Positions 12,626-27,371 of a DNA stretch of 64,000 nucleotides are shown here, in pieces (the first letter of the stretch is position 1; each line of letters opens with the position of its first letter). Origin of the DNA: the human T2T-CHM13v2.0 reference genome, Homo sapiens; assembly GCF_009914755.1 (NCBI RefSeq), contig NC_060933.1; one strand, given 5' to 3'. The notes beneath the pieces were generated by a model that saw nothing but the letters and a program-made list of their open reading frames with translations, was not told the DNA's origin and ran no database searches. Position numbers and translations under genes: made by a program.

Positions 12626-14715
12626 CATTCTTGTTAGGTGGATAGAAGTGGGAAAAGGGTCTTATAGATAGTAAGTATAAAGAGATTGGTTTTGGTTTGA
12701 TTTTGATTTACAGATATTCTCTCTCCTTTACAACACAGTTGATCAAAATGGATTGCTACTATGGTACTGAGTTTCTCATAAATAAAACTTTTCAAGAAAA
12801 TTATGGATTACTATTTACCTTGGATGTTGAAGTGAAGTGAATAAATTATATCTCAGATTAGTCCAATAAGAGCAGTCATTGATTATTCTAAATACCCTAT
12901 TGGACAGTTCCAACAAAATAGGATGAAAATGCCCCACTAATGCAACTGGCAAATAACTTGTTTAACAATAAATGTGTTCTTCTTTCTACAAGAGACTGTG
13001 CTGGACTTTAGAGGAAAATAAAGCAGCAACAAAAGTCTGATACTAATCCCAGTTTAATTCTAGCCCTAACCTCCCTAAAGAAGATTACAAATCAATTTGG
13101 AAGACAAGAACAATGCATTACATATAAAGCAGTTAAATAAAAATTTAGTAATTAAATGGGAATAAAGACTATGAAGCAGAATATTTTAAAAATGATAAGT
13201 GGTAAAACAATAAGTTCAGAAGTCAAGAGTGATCCTAGTAGGCTAGGCGAGCAGGATATGTGGAAAAACTAGGACTACTGTTTGAGCTCGAAATGACCAA
13301 AAAAGTCATACAGCGAATAACTATACCTGAGCTTAAATAGGCCTATAGACTTTTCTTGCATAATTTTCTCTAATTTAAAGTAACCTCAATTGTGTGTGCA
13401 TGCATGTAAATGTGTGTATGTTAATGCATAAACATATATAAATTTGTATCTATAAAGAGGTATAATATATTTGCATTAGAAAGAAATTTTGATAGTCTAT
13501 AACTGGAACTATAATTTCTGGTAGAACTTCTAAGCTTCCTCCCAGGAAAATGACAAATCTTAGACATTCTTTCATGTCTTGAGTTCATCCACTGTTTACT
13601 TACAGTGGATGAAATAGGTGTATTCTTTCAAAATTTTGCACTGCTTCCAATCCCAAATAAGGCAAAATGAACAATAGTAGCAACAATAACATCAAACTGA
13701 AAAATTTCAAAGGAAAATTAACATTATCTAAAATTGAGCCTACGCTCAAAGTAGAGTTCAAGTATAGTCCTGTATAGATCATGGAGTGAAACTGAAACGA
13801 GACTCAGAATTGACCTGCAGTTGCCCTTGAACCCTGACAAAGAACACTCTAAGAGAAGAAAATGACAAGTGAATATAATTCTCAAAATTTACTAATGGAA
13901 AAAGTTTACTGATACTCTTTAACTTTAGTGGAATAAAGTTTTGGAGATACCACAGTTGCAGAATAAAGACACTTAATATCCCTATAAAAACACCATGGCC
14001 ATCCCAACCACTCTAAGTTACTTGGCTGATAAAGGAAATAGAAAAAGAGAGAGAGGGAGAGAGTTTTTGTTTTGTTTTGTTTTGTTTGTTTGTTTTTCCA
14101 AACTTAGAAACAAACACATTGTTCTGGGGCTCTAGAAAGATGTGTCCAGCCCGAAGGCATTCAAATGCAATTTTTCAAGTCTAATCTGGCCCAGTCATGG
14201 ACCTTCTTTCATTTCTCCTGATTGAGGTATGTGATACAGACAGGGAATCTGCAGTTTCCTAATGTCCAGATGACCAGTTTTAAATATGAAAGAAACTAAT
14301 ATTTATCCAATACCTATGCTTTACCAGGAACCGTTACGAATATTGTAAAAAAAAGATTTCTTCATTTGAAGGTACATTTGACAGACGACCTCTAAATCTC
14401 CTTTTAACGATAAATATATTCAATTCAGAAGTTTTAAATAGTTTTTGAACTTGATGCTTATAAACAAAAACCAAGAATGTACCACTGAGTTGATGGAGGT
14501 AGGGAAAGTTCAGACAGTAGAATCTAAATGAGGAATCACAAATTCACTTAAATGTAAGGGGATTGGGTGTTAAGTGTAAATATGAGACCTTCTCATTGGG
14601 AAGACTCAATGTCTGAAAAGGGGGTTGAATTTCTGGCTCTGCACCTGCAGCAAATCTCCAAGACTTAGATCCTTTGTCCGGAAAATGGGCTAATTTTGGC
14701 GGGGAGGAAGTGAAG

Positions 14716-14997
14716 GGTTTCACTATTTATTTATGACAAATATTCAACACTCACAATTCTCTCCAATCAGAAGTTCTTTGAGATGCTGTTGGTCTTGACC
14801 AGTCAGAGAATGGAGTCATCTGACTCACCCATTCTGAGAATGGTCCTACAGACACTATAGGTTTTAAATTGGCCATTAAACCTGCCTATAACCTTGTCAA
14901 CCTTGGCTGAGTTCATCTGGATGGATGCATGGTCCTTGGCACCCATGATGCGGTTGCTGGCGGAACATTTCCACTGCATGTTCAGGTCCACAAACTC
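14716..14997 (-). pseudogene. RPS21P: Processed, 5'-truncated pseudogene of 40S ribosomal protein S21 (RPS21)
   Basis: Intronless [47 protein letters not shown]...[20 protein letters not shown]; premature stop; RPS21-like 3'UTR with AATAAA; lacks the first ~6 codons. Confidence 0.92.
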
Positions 14998-16005
14998 AGG
15001 CTGGATAATATCAATTATGTTCAATTACAGAGACATGGGGAGAGTCAAATGAGATCGAGTAAAAAATGTGCATGAAAATATCCACAATCTGTGAAAGACT
15101 ATGCAAGTGTATTATTGTCATTGAATGTTGTTAGCAATAGCATGGCCATTTTTTACTTACAAATAAATATTGCAGTTGACGTATTACTAACTCTAAGAAA
15201 GGTTCAAATTTACATGAACAAATAAAACTTCAGGAAAGAAAACTAGAGTTCCACTTGGGGACTACGTCTGACATGGTTATCTTAAACATTTTGGAACAAT
15301 TAATTTGGTTTTGTTGTCTCTCTTCTAGGATTTTTAAACATTTATAAATTCTCAATTCTTTCTATTCAATCTAAACATTTTACAATATCCTGTGGACCTT
15401 ACTTCCTTAGTAGATTCCCAGAAGGTAATGATTTGCTCCTTTCTGCTCTCCAAGCAGCTTCTGTGTTGGTGCAGAGTTGCAGATCTCTGTTGGTGGTAGG
15501 TTCTATTCTGCAGAAACCCCCTAATCCTCTGTTTACCACAACATGAGTCTATTGCCATAGAAATGATAGCTGAGATCCCAGATTGAACACCACTGACTTC
15601 ACAGCAGGGCCTGGTAAGAGGAGACTCTAAGCTACAAGGGGGGAACGCAATGTATGAGAATAGTAGGCACTCTGTAGCCTTGAAAGAAAGGGTAACTGTC
15701 AACATTAGAATAAAAATTCATGAAAGAGCTACATTGTTAGGTATGCTGTAGTTTATTTTCTGTATAATACTGCCTGGCTAAAAGTAATCATTCTGAAATC
15801 TTATGTCATTTAATAGTTTGCTTTCAAAAGGTCTGCAGTTTTCCTTGATTGCATTTGTTTCTTATTGAAATAAGAAACAAGCAGCTTCTAATTAATCTTG
15901 TTGCACAACTGATGTTTCTGTGGTCAAAGATTTCCCTTTTCATGATGTGTTGTTTTGTTTGCGTGTTTATTGTGTGTGTTTGTTTTGTCTTGTTTTTATT
16001 AACAG

Positions 16006-16035
16006 AAGAAAGTGAACCCGAACAAGATACTAAAG
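16006..16035 (+). CDS. MUSK: MUSK alternative 30-nt cassette exon, 10-aa acidic insert (EESEPEQDTK) between Ig2 and Ig3
   Basis: tttttattaacag|AAGAAAGTGAACCCGAACAAGATACTAAAG|gtattt; symmetric phase 1-1; matches the known 10-aa MuSK splice insert. Confidence 0.9.
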
Positions 16036-16058
16036 GTATTTTTTTTTCTTTCTGCATG
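16036..16058 (+). promoter_or_regulatory. U-rich tract and RBFOX element (TGCATG, 16053-16058) just downstream of the 30-nt exon donor
   Basis: gtatttttttttctttcTGCATG; standard position for an RBFOX/TIA1 inclusion enhancer; function is inferred. Confidence 0.55.
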
Positions 16059-16574
16059 GCTTCTTTTTAATTGTGTAGCTCTTTTCAATTGTTTATTTTT
16101 GTTGACCTTATAAACAGCTCTAAGTGCCATTTTTAAAGAAATAACAAACAATGTATGGGGAATATTAAGTCACAGCACTTAACGGTGTTATTAGATAGGC
16201 TTCTTTATTATATAATATGCTTACTGACCATTTGCATTTCTTAAGCAAGATTGAGTTAAAAGTAATGTTTAAATTTGGTGTCTCTGGAAATACAAACAAA
16301 ATGAAATGAAATAAATCAGCATGAGAGTATAAATCCCACATAGATTGGAAAAGAAAGATACCCTTTGACTAAAAGACTTTTGGTGGGGGTTGGGGGGCTT
16401 TACAGTCTTTGGATAAATGTTAGGATGTCAAGGTGCCAATTTGGTTTTTATTGTGATGATTTCAACAAGATCAGGAGTATTATGCAATTGCTCCAAATCA
16501 ATAAAAATTAAGTTATTTTAATTGCACAGAGACATATGTTTGTAGTGGAATATGTTTAGAGGAAAATAGCTGGA

Positions 16575-16889
<315 letters not shown>

Positions 16890-18731
16890 GAAAATAGCTG
16901 GAAATTAAATTTGTATGGGAAAAATTCTACTTTTTCCCCAACAGTTTTCTGTCAACAGTTTCTGTTTTCTGTAAAAAAAAAAAAAAAAGAAAAAAGAAAA
17001 AAAAAAAAGGTACCTTGCATTCTGATTAAGCCCCAAACTTTGTGCTCTTCTAACCTAAAATTTGATATTTGGGGGATGAAATTTGTGAGTTCTCATGTAA
17101 TAGAGTTGACTGTAGGAATTAATCTCAAACTGGTATTATTTAAAACAGTACCTCCTTATCTTAGTATCTCATATAAAGTACAGATAATGTTTTCTTATTT
17201 TTAAATACCAGGTTGCTTACAATTAAATACAGGTAAAAAAGCATTTTACCTGGTCCTATGTGAATTTTTTTTCTTAATTTATTCCTATCAGTCATTGCTG
17301 GTTTGAATCATGTAACCTAAAAACCCTTTTCAAAGGAAGCTAGAAAATAACAAAAGAGGAAGGGAAAATAAAATCCATGGGAGCTCCTTGTGTCCTTTGA
17401 AATAACTGCTCAGAAATAGAAATTGATAAGAGACTTAAGTATTCCTCTGGCACTGCTCCCTTACCAAGAAAAGAGAGGTAGTTCATCTCCAGCCAAACCA
17501 CTCATTTATTTCAGGACTTAACATGGATGCCCTGTCCCTTGGGCTTTTTATTACACTCCAGTGCAATTTCAGAGTGAATTATGCCTTTATCTTTTTACTA
17601 TACCTTACTCCTTAAGATGACAATCAATAATAAAACTGATTACATATCTGAAAGTGCTTTGAAATAAGGAGAGAGAGAGAATATAATGTGGGTATGTTAT
17701 AAAAGATTTTAGAATTGCTGGCTTCTTGAGCCCAATTTTGAATATAGGATTCTCCACTTGCAGTTAGCCTGCAAGTCTGCTCAAGAGACATTAAAGCCCC
17801 AAACTCATGAATAGATCCCATGAGAGAAAACCCAGAGTTAAATATATTACCTGGTGTCTATTTTCCATGTTGCAGATGCACTTGCTTACCCACAGGAAAC
17901 CAAGTGGTTTAGGGCTCACAGTGAATTGGAGAAGGATGGATAAGACTATGTACAGAAAGAGGGGTTTGATGATTTTTTTGTTTAAAAATCCATATCAAAA
18001 CAGTTATAAATGCTTTCCAACTTACTAAGTAATTTAATGTTCCTTCTATTAAGTGGTTTAATTGTTTATGTAACAAAAACACTTTTATATTCTTTTATGC
18101 AAATAAAACACAAAATAGGGATATTCTATGCCCATTTTATTTAATAAGAAACATGTCATATAACTTTTTAAATTGATGACCTAGAATGCATTTTCAGATT
18201 GTGACTACCACTGAAATAATGGGATTTACTGTTGACTTGTGTCCAAGTTTGTTATTGCCGGTGTATTATTATTCATGGAGGTTAATCTGGCATTTATTTT
18301 TAATTGCAACTGACTTTATTGTTTACAATGCTTGAAAAACATGTCAAAATTTCCCTCATCACCTTTTTACCTTTCATATTTGAAAAATGGTAAATTTGAG
18401 TATTATGCAATTGCTCAGATAGAGTTGGGTAAAAACATATCAGCTTTATTGCTGATAAGGCTGGAATGAAAAATAAAGATTTCTATTCCATGTGAGGATT
18501 AGACTAACATAACTTACGTTTCCTCATCCTCTTCCTCCCCACCCCACTCTTTCCCCTTGACTCTTAGTTGTAGGATGAAGAAGCCCTGACCTGGTAAACT
18601 TACTTACACACATCAACCCTATATCCTTCTTAGATGCAAGAGAGCTGGGAGACTGATAGCTCAGAATAGGATTGAGATACACATAACATATCCAAGTCCC
18701 TTCCCCCAACCTTACCAGAGAAGTCATCATG

Positions 18732-19065
18732 TTCGTTCATTTATTTATTCGTTCACTCAGCAAATATTCATTGAGTGCCTACCATATATATATACCATGC
18801 AGGGTTCTAGAAATAGAGACAGATATGTAGATAGATATATAGATTGTATCAGTCAGCTCATGTTAAAAAGCAAAGCAAACCTTGCCCTTGTGATGCTTAC
18901 ATTCTAGAGAGGAGAGACTGACAAAAAACAAACAAGCAAACAAATAAATCAGTAATTACCAAATGATTCAGATAGTGGTGATATGATACAATATAAACAA
19001 GGGTAAGGGGAATGGGGATGAGAAAGTACTATGATAAGGAAACATTTGAGTAGAAACCCAGAAGA
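18732..19065 (-). mobile_element. L2 3'-end fragment
   Basis: ttcattt...cactcagcaaatattcattgagtgcctacc...cttgcccttgtgatgcttacattctag. Confidence 0.65.
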
Positions 19066-21329
19066 CATCTGCTATCTCCTTTGAGAAGGGAGGAAGACTT
19101 GGAGGAAGGGTGGAAACTAACTTTCAATACTGAAAAAAGGGGGTTGAGTTTCTATTTTATCGTTTAGAGAGCATGTGAGAGTGCAGGAGAAAGCAGCTTC
19201 CCTTTAATCCCTGGCCTTATTGTCCTCTTAACCTAATCCACTGCACTTAATGAAACCCATGGTCAGCCATAGCCTATCTGCCCCCTTCAGGGAGAAGTTT
19301 ATCAGCAGTCTCATATTCATGAAGCTACCTATAATGTCAGCAGTACTCCTGTACCTGCCTGTGCCACACTGGAGCCCCCAGAAAGTTCCCATGGAGGGCA
19401 GAGTATTACATTAGTTAAATTAATTCCAAAGTCACGTTGAATTGACTCTGTTTTATTTACCATACCACACTATGCTTAGTTGTGTTGTGCAATGTGGATA
19501 ATCAGAGGTTTCACAATAAGCCCAAATGATATTCCAAATATAATAACAGCCAAAAGAAAAAAAACGGCTATAAATTAGGACAAAATAAAACCTTTCCGAT
19601 TACTATATTTCCAAGAAGAATTTAAAGTCCCCAAATTAAAACTCTTGGCTTCATAAATTAAAGCAGCAAAACATAATCGAAATTACATTATTCTCCAATT
19701 TTTTATTCTGCTCATCTTCAGCCAGAAGGCTTTCATTCAAAAGGCGTTTTTGATTCAAAAAGTTCAAGGGTATAGTCAATGTTACTAGAACAGTTTTCTA
19801 GCACATGTGAGGTTGAAATGTGCTAGATTTTCCAAATCTCTCAAAGATCCTGCTTGTTTCAGATTCTCGGGCAGTGGGATCCATAGATGGTCATGCAGTA
19901 GTCCCACACTCAAAAAATTTAGGAAACACAAGCATAGCCCCAACCCCTACAAGAGTTATTTTAGCCAGATGATGCACATGGACTCTAAGTCTCCATTATT
20001 GTAACCAGAAAACATTAGAAGAGTACCTGGACGCACCCTCACTACGATGCCTGTCAGTGTTAGTTGTCAAGAGTCTGTAACGTGTGAATTTAGATTAAGT
20101 TGGGAGAATAAGAATCCAAGCAGAGGCACACATTGCATTTGGGTGATATGTCTCTTAAGTCTCTTTTAATCTATAATGGATCACTCTTTCTTTTTTACCC
20201 CCTAATGCTAATGATTTTCCCTGTTAAATATCTGGGTTTGATTGAATTGCATCTCCATAGTGTTCTTTGAAATGTTCCTCAACCCTTTAATTTTTGTAGA
20301 TTGTTAATTGGACCCCAGGACTTACTTAAAATCAGGCTCAATTTTGCTTCTGGGGGACAGATTCAGCTTCATTTTAAACATTTGATAGCATTCTTTGTTA
20401 TTTTTTAATAATCTCTTTTTGCCTTGAAGACAGCACCTTCCTTGCATTTCTTTTCTCCTGGTTTTGGGACCCACATTTCTATATCTAAAATATCAATATC
20501 AAAAGATAGGAAGTCAAATTAATTTAAATCTGCAAAAAGCCCCCAATAGTCAAACAAATCAAATGTTCCTTAATCTCTTTAAATTATGCAATGCTTTTTA
20601 AGAGGTACTCAACAATGAGACCAACTGGAAACACTACTCTGGACCTGTTCTATCATTGTCCTGCGTATCTCCTTATGTAGCACATGTGGTCTCCCATACT
20701 TTAGTTTAGAATCCAATATTCACAAATTTCAATTTAACTAGAATTAAGTTTCAAAGCATTGTGCTAATTGGGGCTTCATACTCTAATATTATATTCTGTG
20801 CTTAAGTCCTAGAAATCAAAAAGTAGGAGCATAAAATATACTTACAGTATAATAGGCCATCCAAAAGATTCCGTAATAGTTTAAACAAACACTGAATTTG
20901 AAGTCAGAAGACTTGAGTCCAGGTTTCTCACTCATCATTCTTGTTACCTTGGGAAACCAACTTACTTAAATTAACAAAGATTTGGTTTTCACTGCTATAA
21001 GATAAGAACAGGAATCTAGCCAATCTCTGGAGTCTCTTCCAAGTTTAATGATTCTGTGAATCTAAGTACCCTCCAATTTGTAATGCATTGTGAGCCTCAA
21101 TCCCACTGTTTAGTTAAAGGTAAAATTTCTTCCTACATCAAAATAACTTCCTCTTACTTAATCAGTGGGGATTCAGGGTCAGAAAGGAATAGAAATTACT
21201 CATTCTGCTGCCTACACTTTATCTAAAATATCCTTTTTTTTTTTTGCCCAATATATCATCTGAAAAGTTTGACACAATTTGTCTGCCCTCCCACTGTGAT
21301 ACAGTTGAGGGTGTAAAGTGTAATTATTT

Positions 21330-21860
21330 GATTAATTCAATAAAATACTATCCTGTGCTTGCTCTGGTCAGGAACTCTGCCTGAAACAATACAGCAGTCA
21401 ACGAAAGGCAAGGCTTTTGGCTTCAAACAATCTAATGGGAAAGGGGAATAATAGACAAGTAAAAAATAAATAAGGTAATTTCAGATAGTTGTAAGGTCTG
21501 TAAAGACAATAATGTAGGCTGATGAAAAGTGAATGGGGGGAGGATTACACTTGATGTTGTGTGAGTAAGAAGGACCTTTCTGAGAAAATGTCACTTAAAC
21601 AGAGACTTGAATGATTCAAGGAACCTACTACTTGAGGATCTGGGGGATGAGTGGTCTAGGCAGAGGAAGAACAAGGGCAAGTTTCCATGTTAAGAACAAG
21701 CTCAGTGTGTCCTTGAGTGGTGAGAAATATAGGGTTATAACATAAAGGGCTTGGAGGCTCGGCCATGGCATGTGGTATTATCCTTAAAACAGAGCAAACA
21801 CTGAAGAACTGCCCACAGGGGAACATGGTCTAATTTGCATTTCTAAAAGACCACCCTAGC
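21330..21860 (-). mobile_element. L2 fragment ending about 50 bp before the Ig3a exon acceptor
   Basis: ttcaataaaatactatcctgtgc...tctgagaaaatgtcacttaaacagagacttgaatga...tttgcatttctaaaagaccaccctag. Confidence 0.6.
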
Positions 21861-21864
21861 TTGA

Positions 21865-22083
<219 letters not shown>

Positions 22084-22739
22084 TGAACTTCAGGATAGAC
22101 CATATAGTTGTAGTTACCCAGATCTCTGTCATTGGTCTCACCTACACCACTTTTCAAAGCCTCCCAATATCTTTGTCCTAGAAGCCATTGCCATAGAAAT
22201 CAAACTCCAAGAGTTTGCTTCCTTCCATGTATCATGAGGAATACTAGAAAACCAATTTCTTTCTTTGTGCCTTTGTGTAAATGGGAAGTGGTAATAATAT
22301 CTTCCCATATAAGTAAAATAATTTTCATTAAACTCATCACCGAAAGATTAGTTCCCTGCTAGAGGCTACTTTGATGGAAAGTAATCCGGAGTTAGAATCA
22401 GTGTCAGTTCAGCATTCTTTTCTTCATTTTCAATAGTGGTAATAATAACTGATGTATATTAAGTAGTTATTTTCAGCCAGGCTCTATTCCAAGCACTTTA
22501 CCTACATACATTTATTTATTTATTTATTCATTCTACAAATATGTATTGAGCTTCTGAACATCAAACACTATTCTAGGCCCTGTGGATACAGGAGTAAACA
22601 AAACAGGCAAAGTTCTCTGCCCTCAAAGAGCTTACCTTCTCATGGGGAAATACGGGAAAATATATGTTGTATGTGTATGGTGTCAAATGCCATGCAGAAA
22701 AATAAATCAGGAAAAGGAGACAGAAAGTTCAACCTTAGG

Positions 22740-23970
22740 AGAAATCAGAACTCTCCTACACTGTTCATGGGAATGGGAATTACTACAGTCACTATGGAAA
22801 ACAGTATGGCGGTTACTCAAAAAGCTAAAAATGGAATTGCCATATGATCCACCAATCCACTACTGGGTATACAGTCAAAAGAAAGAAAATCAGTATATCT
22901 AAGAGGTATCTGCACTCCCATGTTTATTGCGGCACTATTCACAATAACCAAGATATAGAATCAAACTAAGTATCCATCAATGGATGAATGGATACAGAAA
23001 ATGTGGTACATATACACAATGAAAGAAATATTACTAATCCATAAGAAGAATAAAATCCTGTTATTTGCAACAACATGGATGGAACCGCAGGACATTATGT
23101 TAAGTGAAATAAACCAGACACAGCAAGAAAAGTATTTCATGTTCTCTTTCATAACTAAAAAAATTGATCTCATGGAGATAGAGAGTAGAATGATGGATAT
23201 CAGAGGCTGGGAAAGGTAGTGGGGAAGGGAGGATAAAGAGGGGTTCGTTCATGGGTACATAAGTTAGAAGGAACAATATTGAGTGCTTAGTAGCTTTATT
23301 AGTCAGTTCTCGCATCGCGATAAAGAAATACCTGAGACTGGGTAATTTATAAAGAAAAGAGGTTTAATTGGCTCATGGTTCTGCAGGCTATTCAGGAAGC
23401 ATAATGGCTTCTGCTTCTGGGGAGGCCTCCAGAAACTTACAATCATGGCAGAAAGCAAAGTGGGAGCAAGACATCTCACATGGCCAGAGCAGGAAGGAGA
23501 GGAAAGGTGCCACACACGTTTAAACAACCAGATCTCACAATTCACTCACTCACTATCATGAGAACAGCACTGAGGGGATGGTGTTAACCCATTCATGAGA
23601 CTTCTGTCCCCATGATCCAATCACCCCACGCCAGGCCCAACTCCAACACTGGGAATTACAATTCGACTTGAGATTTGGTGGGGACACAGATCTAAACCAT
23701 AGCAATAGCACAACAGGACAACTATACATAGTTCACGATATTGAACTACATAGCACAATACAATATTTAAGTATTTCAAAACATCAAGAAGAGTGGAATT
23801 GGAATGTTCCTAGCACAAAAAAATGACAAATTACTTAGGTGATGGATATCCCAATTATCCTAATTTGATCATTACACATTGTATGCTTATATCAAAATTT
23901 CACATGTACCCCATAAATATGTACAACTATTATATATCCATAAAATTTTAAATTAAGAAACATTTTAAAC
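22740..23970 (+). mobile_element. L1MA 3' fragment, split by an MSTA LTR and apparently nested in an L2
   Basis: ORF2 C-terminal remnant ([21 protein letters not shown]) and L1MA 3'UTR resuming after 23704. Confidence 0.85.
23295..23704 (-). mobile_element. MSTA-type MaLR solo LTR
   Basis: tattagtc...ataaagaaatacctgagactgggtaatttataaagaaaagaggtttaattggctcatgg...ggggacacagatctaaaccatagca; 5-bp TSD (g/a)tagc. Confidence 0.9.
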
Positions 23971-26809
23971 AGAAAGTTAGACCTCAGGAGGAAGATTATA
24001 TTTTTAAAAGAATGATCAGTGAAGGCTCATTTGGACAAAGACATTTGAACAAAGATCTGAAGGAGTTGAAGGGTGAAGTTACATAGATAACTGGGGGAAC
24101 ATAACTAGACAAAGTCTCTGAGATAATGGTATACATGGCATGTCAGAAAAACAGCAAGGAGACCAATGTGGTTAGTGGGGAGTAAGCAAAGGGTCAAGAG
24201 ATGAGAGGCAGGCATTGTGGATCCTATAGGCCGTGTGGTCATTTAGACAACTTTGCTTTTATTTGAGTGAGATGAGGTGCCACTGTAGGTCTGTTTCTGT
24301 TGTCTGTTTTCCCACTGATTCTTGTTCATTTTGTGTTGTTTCCTTGTGTGCCTAGCTATCTTTGATTACCTGCTGTGCATTGTTTTGTATAAAAATATCA
24401 GGAACTATTTTGAGGTCTAGATGAAGGTATTTTCCTCCAAAGAGAATTTTGCTTGTTTCTGCCAGGGACAAGAGGTTACTGCTAATCTTGTACCACCTTC
24501 AACTAAGCTCAAGGTATGAAGCTCCTTGGGCATCCCAGATAATTATAACATGACCAGTAATTCATTATGTGGACTATTTAACTTGTAGTTCACACTGATA
24601 GCTCCCTGATATCTAGTTCTTTTATATCTTAATTTATTATATCTCTTATTAGACTCTTAAGGGCATGAAGTTTTGATTTATCTCCTGACTCCCTAAGGCC
24701 ATCCAAAGGAAAGTTCAAATTTTCTGGGTTTGGAAAACTCTCTAAGGGTAAATAAGATTTTCTTAGTTTGTTACATCTGTTAAAAATTTTTTTTTCAAAA
24801 TTTTAATTTTCTCACTGTGTAGCTTTGTCTGAATAACCTAACATCAACATCTGAGACAGAAACCTACCATGGATTTTTATTGTCATTATATAGACTTTAA
24901 CCACTTTGGTTTGCACCGAGTCTTTAGTTTCTGATACTCTTTATGAGGTTAAGAAAATGTATTTTTATTCTTAATTTGATAATTATTTTTAATATAAATA
25001 TATTTTAAAATCAATAAAACACTTCATCATCAATTACATCCTCTTTTTGATGTCATTTTTCACTTTAAATTGCAAAGTTTCCCTTATATTGAACCATTCT
25101 TTCATTTCTGAATACATTGCTTTTTTGTTTAATTTTTTAATTGTGTTGTTTCAATTTTCTGTATTTCTTTCAGGATTATTTGCATCTATTTTCAATAACA
25201 GAAATGGTTTTGTCTTTTAGTAGGCTATCATGATCAGGCTTTGTTAATATTTTTCCAATCTTATAGAATAGACTGCCAAGTTTACATAGTTTCCTTTGAT
25301 ACAGAGCTTGAGGTGAGAAAGTTGAGATGCAAGTCTTTCTTATACTCCAAGACATTTTCCTCTACTATACCAATAATTACTGCTTCTCTCTTCTCCACAT
25401 CCTTTCTATGTAGACTCCATTGAAATGAATTTCTTTCAAAACTTCAATCTTTCTCTTCTTTATGCTCTGCATATGTTTGTGGAGGAAATAGGGGGCCCTA
25501 TTTTATCTGTCAGGTTATTCTCAAGCTCTAGTGTCCACCATGATTGTCAACTATAGGAACCCACAACAGAAAATCTCATTCGCAATCTCTATCTCACAGG
25601 TAGATGCCTCAGCCTGGTGCCATATGCATACATTATAGCTCCCAGAGTTCTTCAATTACTTTGCTGACTTTCTTAAAGTTGGCTCCTGCTTACAGCCCCT
25701 GCTATCTGAAGTTTGAAATTTTCCATGACTTTGTAGGGAAAATGTATCCATTCTCCTCTCAGTAAACCTCTTCTTTTGTGCTAGGTTTCAGCTACTTAGT
25801 TGATGTTAATTTTTCTATCTATCAAATCACCTCTTTTTATCTTCCAGAATTTGCTGGAAATATCTGATCCTTTGATTATAATACCATCTTTCTATATATT
25901 TACTTTTCTTAATTTTGTATTTATCTTTTAGGATTTCAGGTCCATAACAAGGGTTAAACATGTGAGCTAAGATTATTATTACTGTAACTCTGATGTTAAT
26001 GAACATGACTTGCATAGAGCACTATCTTATTATTTTCTTTGTCATTTAAAAATATTCAGCAGAGCAAGTTCTTTTGCTACTATCTAAGCCTACCTTAAGC
26101 AGGCTCTGTGATTTTTCTGGTTACTATTAGATGATTTGAAATCATTAACATTATCCCAACTTAGTCATTTAAGTGTCTAGTCCTAAGTAATAACCAAAGC
26201 ATCCAATGGCATTCACAGTTCCTCCCTTCTCAGGGATATTTCAGCTTAACTTTCATATAAGAAAAAATTGCAGTTGGCTTCTTACCTCATGCTCACTCAT
26301 TCTTCCCCCATTTCCTAGCTGCTCTTTATGACCCCAGAAGGGGTGGGTGGGAGGTAGGGAGGAGCAATAACTGGTGCAAGAGAGCTCTAATTCAACTGAT
26401 GCACTTGTAAGTTGGCTTTATACCTTCTGTGCCTGCCAGATATTTAAAACTGACTCTTACCCTCATAGACCTATTCATGATTCTTCAGAAATCAGGGAAC
26501 ATTAAGATGATACCAGTGATGCATTTTCCTCAGGCTATCCATCTTTGGCCACATTAGCAAGTCCCCAATTTGTTAGTTGATGGAAAGTCTCTTTGTGTTG
26601 GGGTCTAATCAGTCCCCCAAAAAGTCATCTTGGGAGGACTGAAAATGACTCCCAATCAGATCTTCTATAAAACCTTTTTATTGACAAACTCTGGAAGCCC
26701 AGACCATTGGACTCTGTCTTCTTTGTTCCTTCCATTGGAGCTGCCAGACAGCCTTTAGATTTTACAGGTGGGAATTACATACTTGTCTAATGTGTCTCCA
26801 AATTGCAAG

Positions 26810-27371
26810 TGTGTTAGAGTCCCCAAGATCACATTCATGTCTGATGATTCATGAGAAGGACTCACAGATTTTAGATAAGCTGTTATGATTATGGCTTATT
26901 GCAGGAAAAGGATATAGATTAAAATCATCAAAGAGGCATCAGTTTTCCTCTTCTAGTGAAGTTGCATGGACAGCACTTCATTCTCCCAGCAACAATGTGT
27001 GACAGCATGCATGAAGTATTGTCAACCAAGGAGGCTCACCCTAACCTTGGTGTCCAGAGTTTTTACTGGAGCTCAGTTACATAGATGTGGAGTGCTCACA
27101 TAACTAGTCTTAGCTAGTTTCCAGCCCCTCCAAAGGTCAAACTAATACAACGTGGCCTAGGATTCCAAGTATTCACTATCATTCACATTATTATCATAAA
27201 CCATCCAGCATTGCCCAAAATCTCAGATATATAAAGATATTCTTATTACACAGGATATTCCAAGGGGCAGAGGTCATCTCTCAGGAGCCAAAGGCCAGAC
27301 CTTTCTTTGGAATGTGTAGGGTTTGAGCACCTCGAGCCCATTGAGTTAGCCCTTCAACTTTTTACTGCACA
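26810..27371. mobile_element. MER21-like LTR
   Basis: tgtgttagagtccccaagatcac...gaaggactcacag...ttttactgcaca; TG...CA ends. Confidence 0.6.

Noticed and set aside
15411-15424. Possible extra microexon ag|(TAG)ATTCCCAGAAG|gtaatg
   Set aside because: 11 or 14 nt would frameshift, it is not needed by the known protein, and the pyrimidine tract is short
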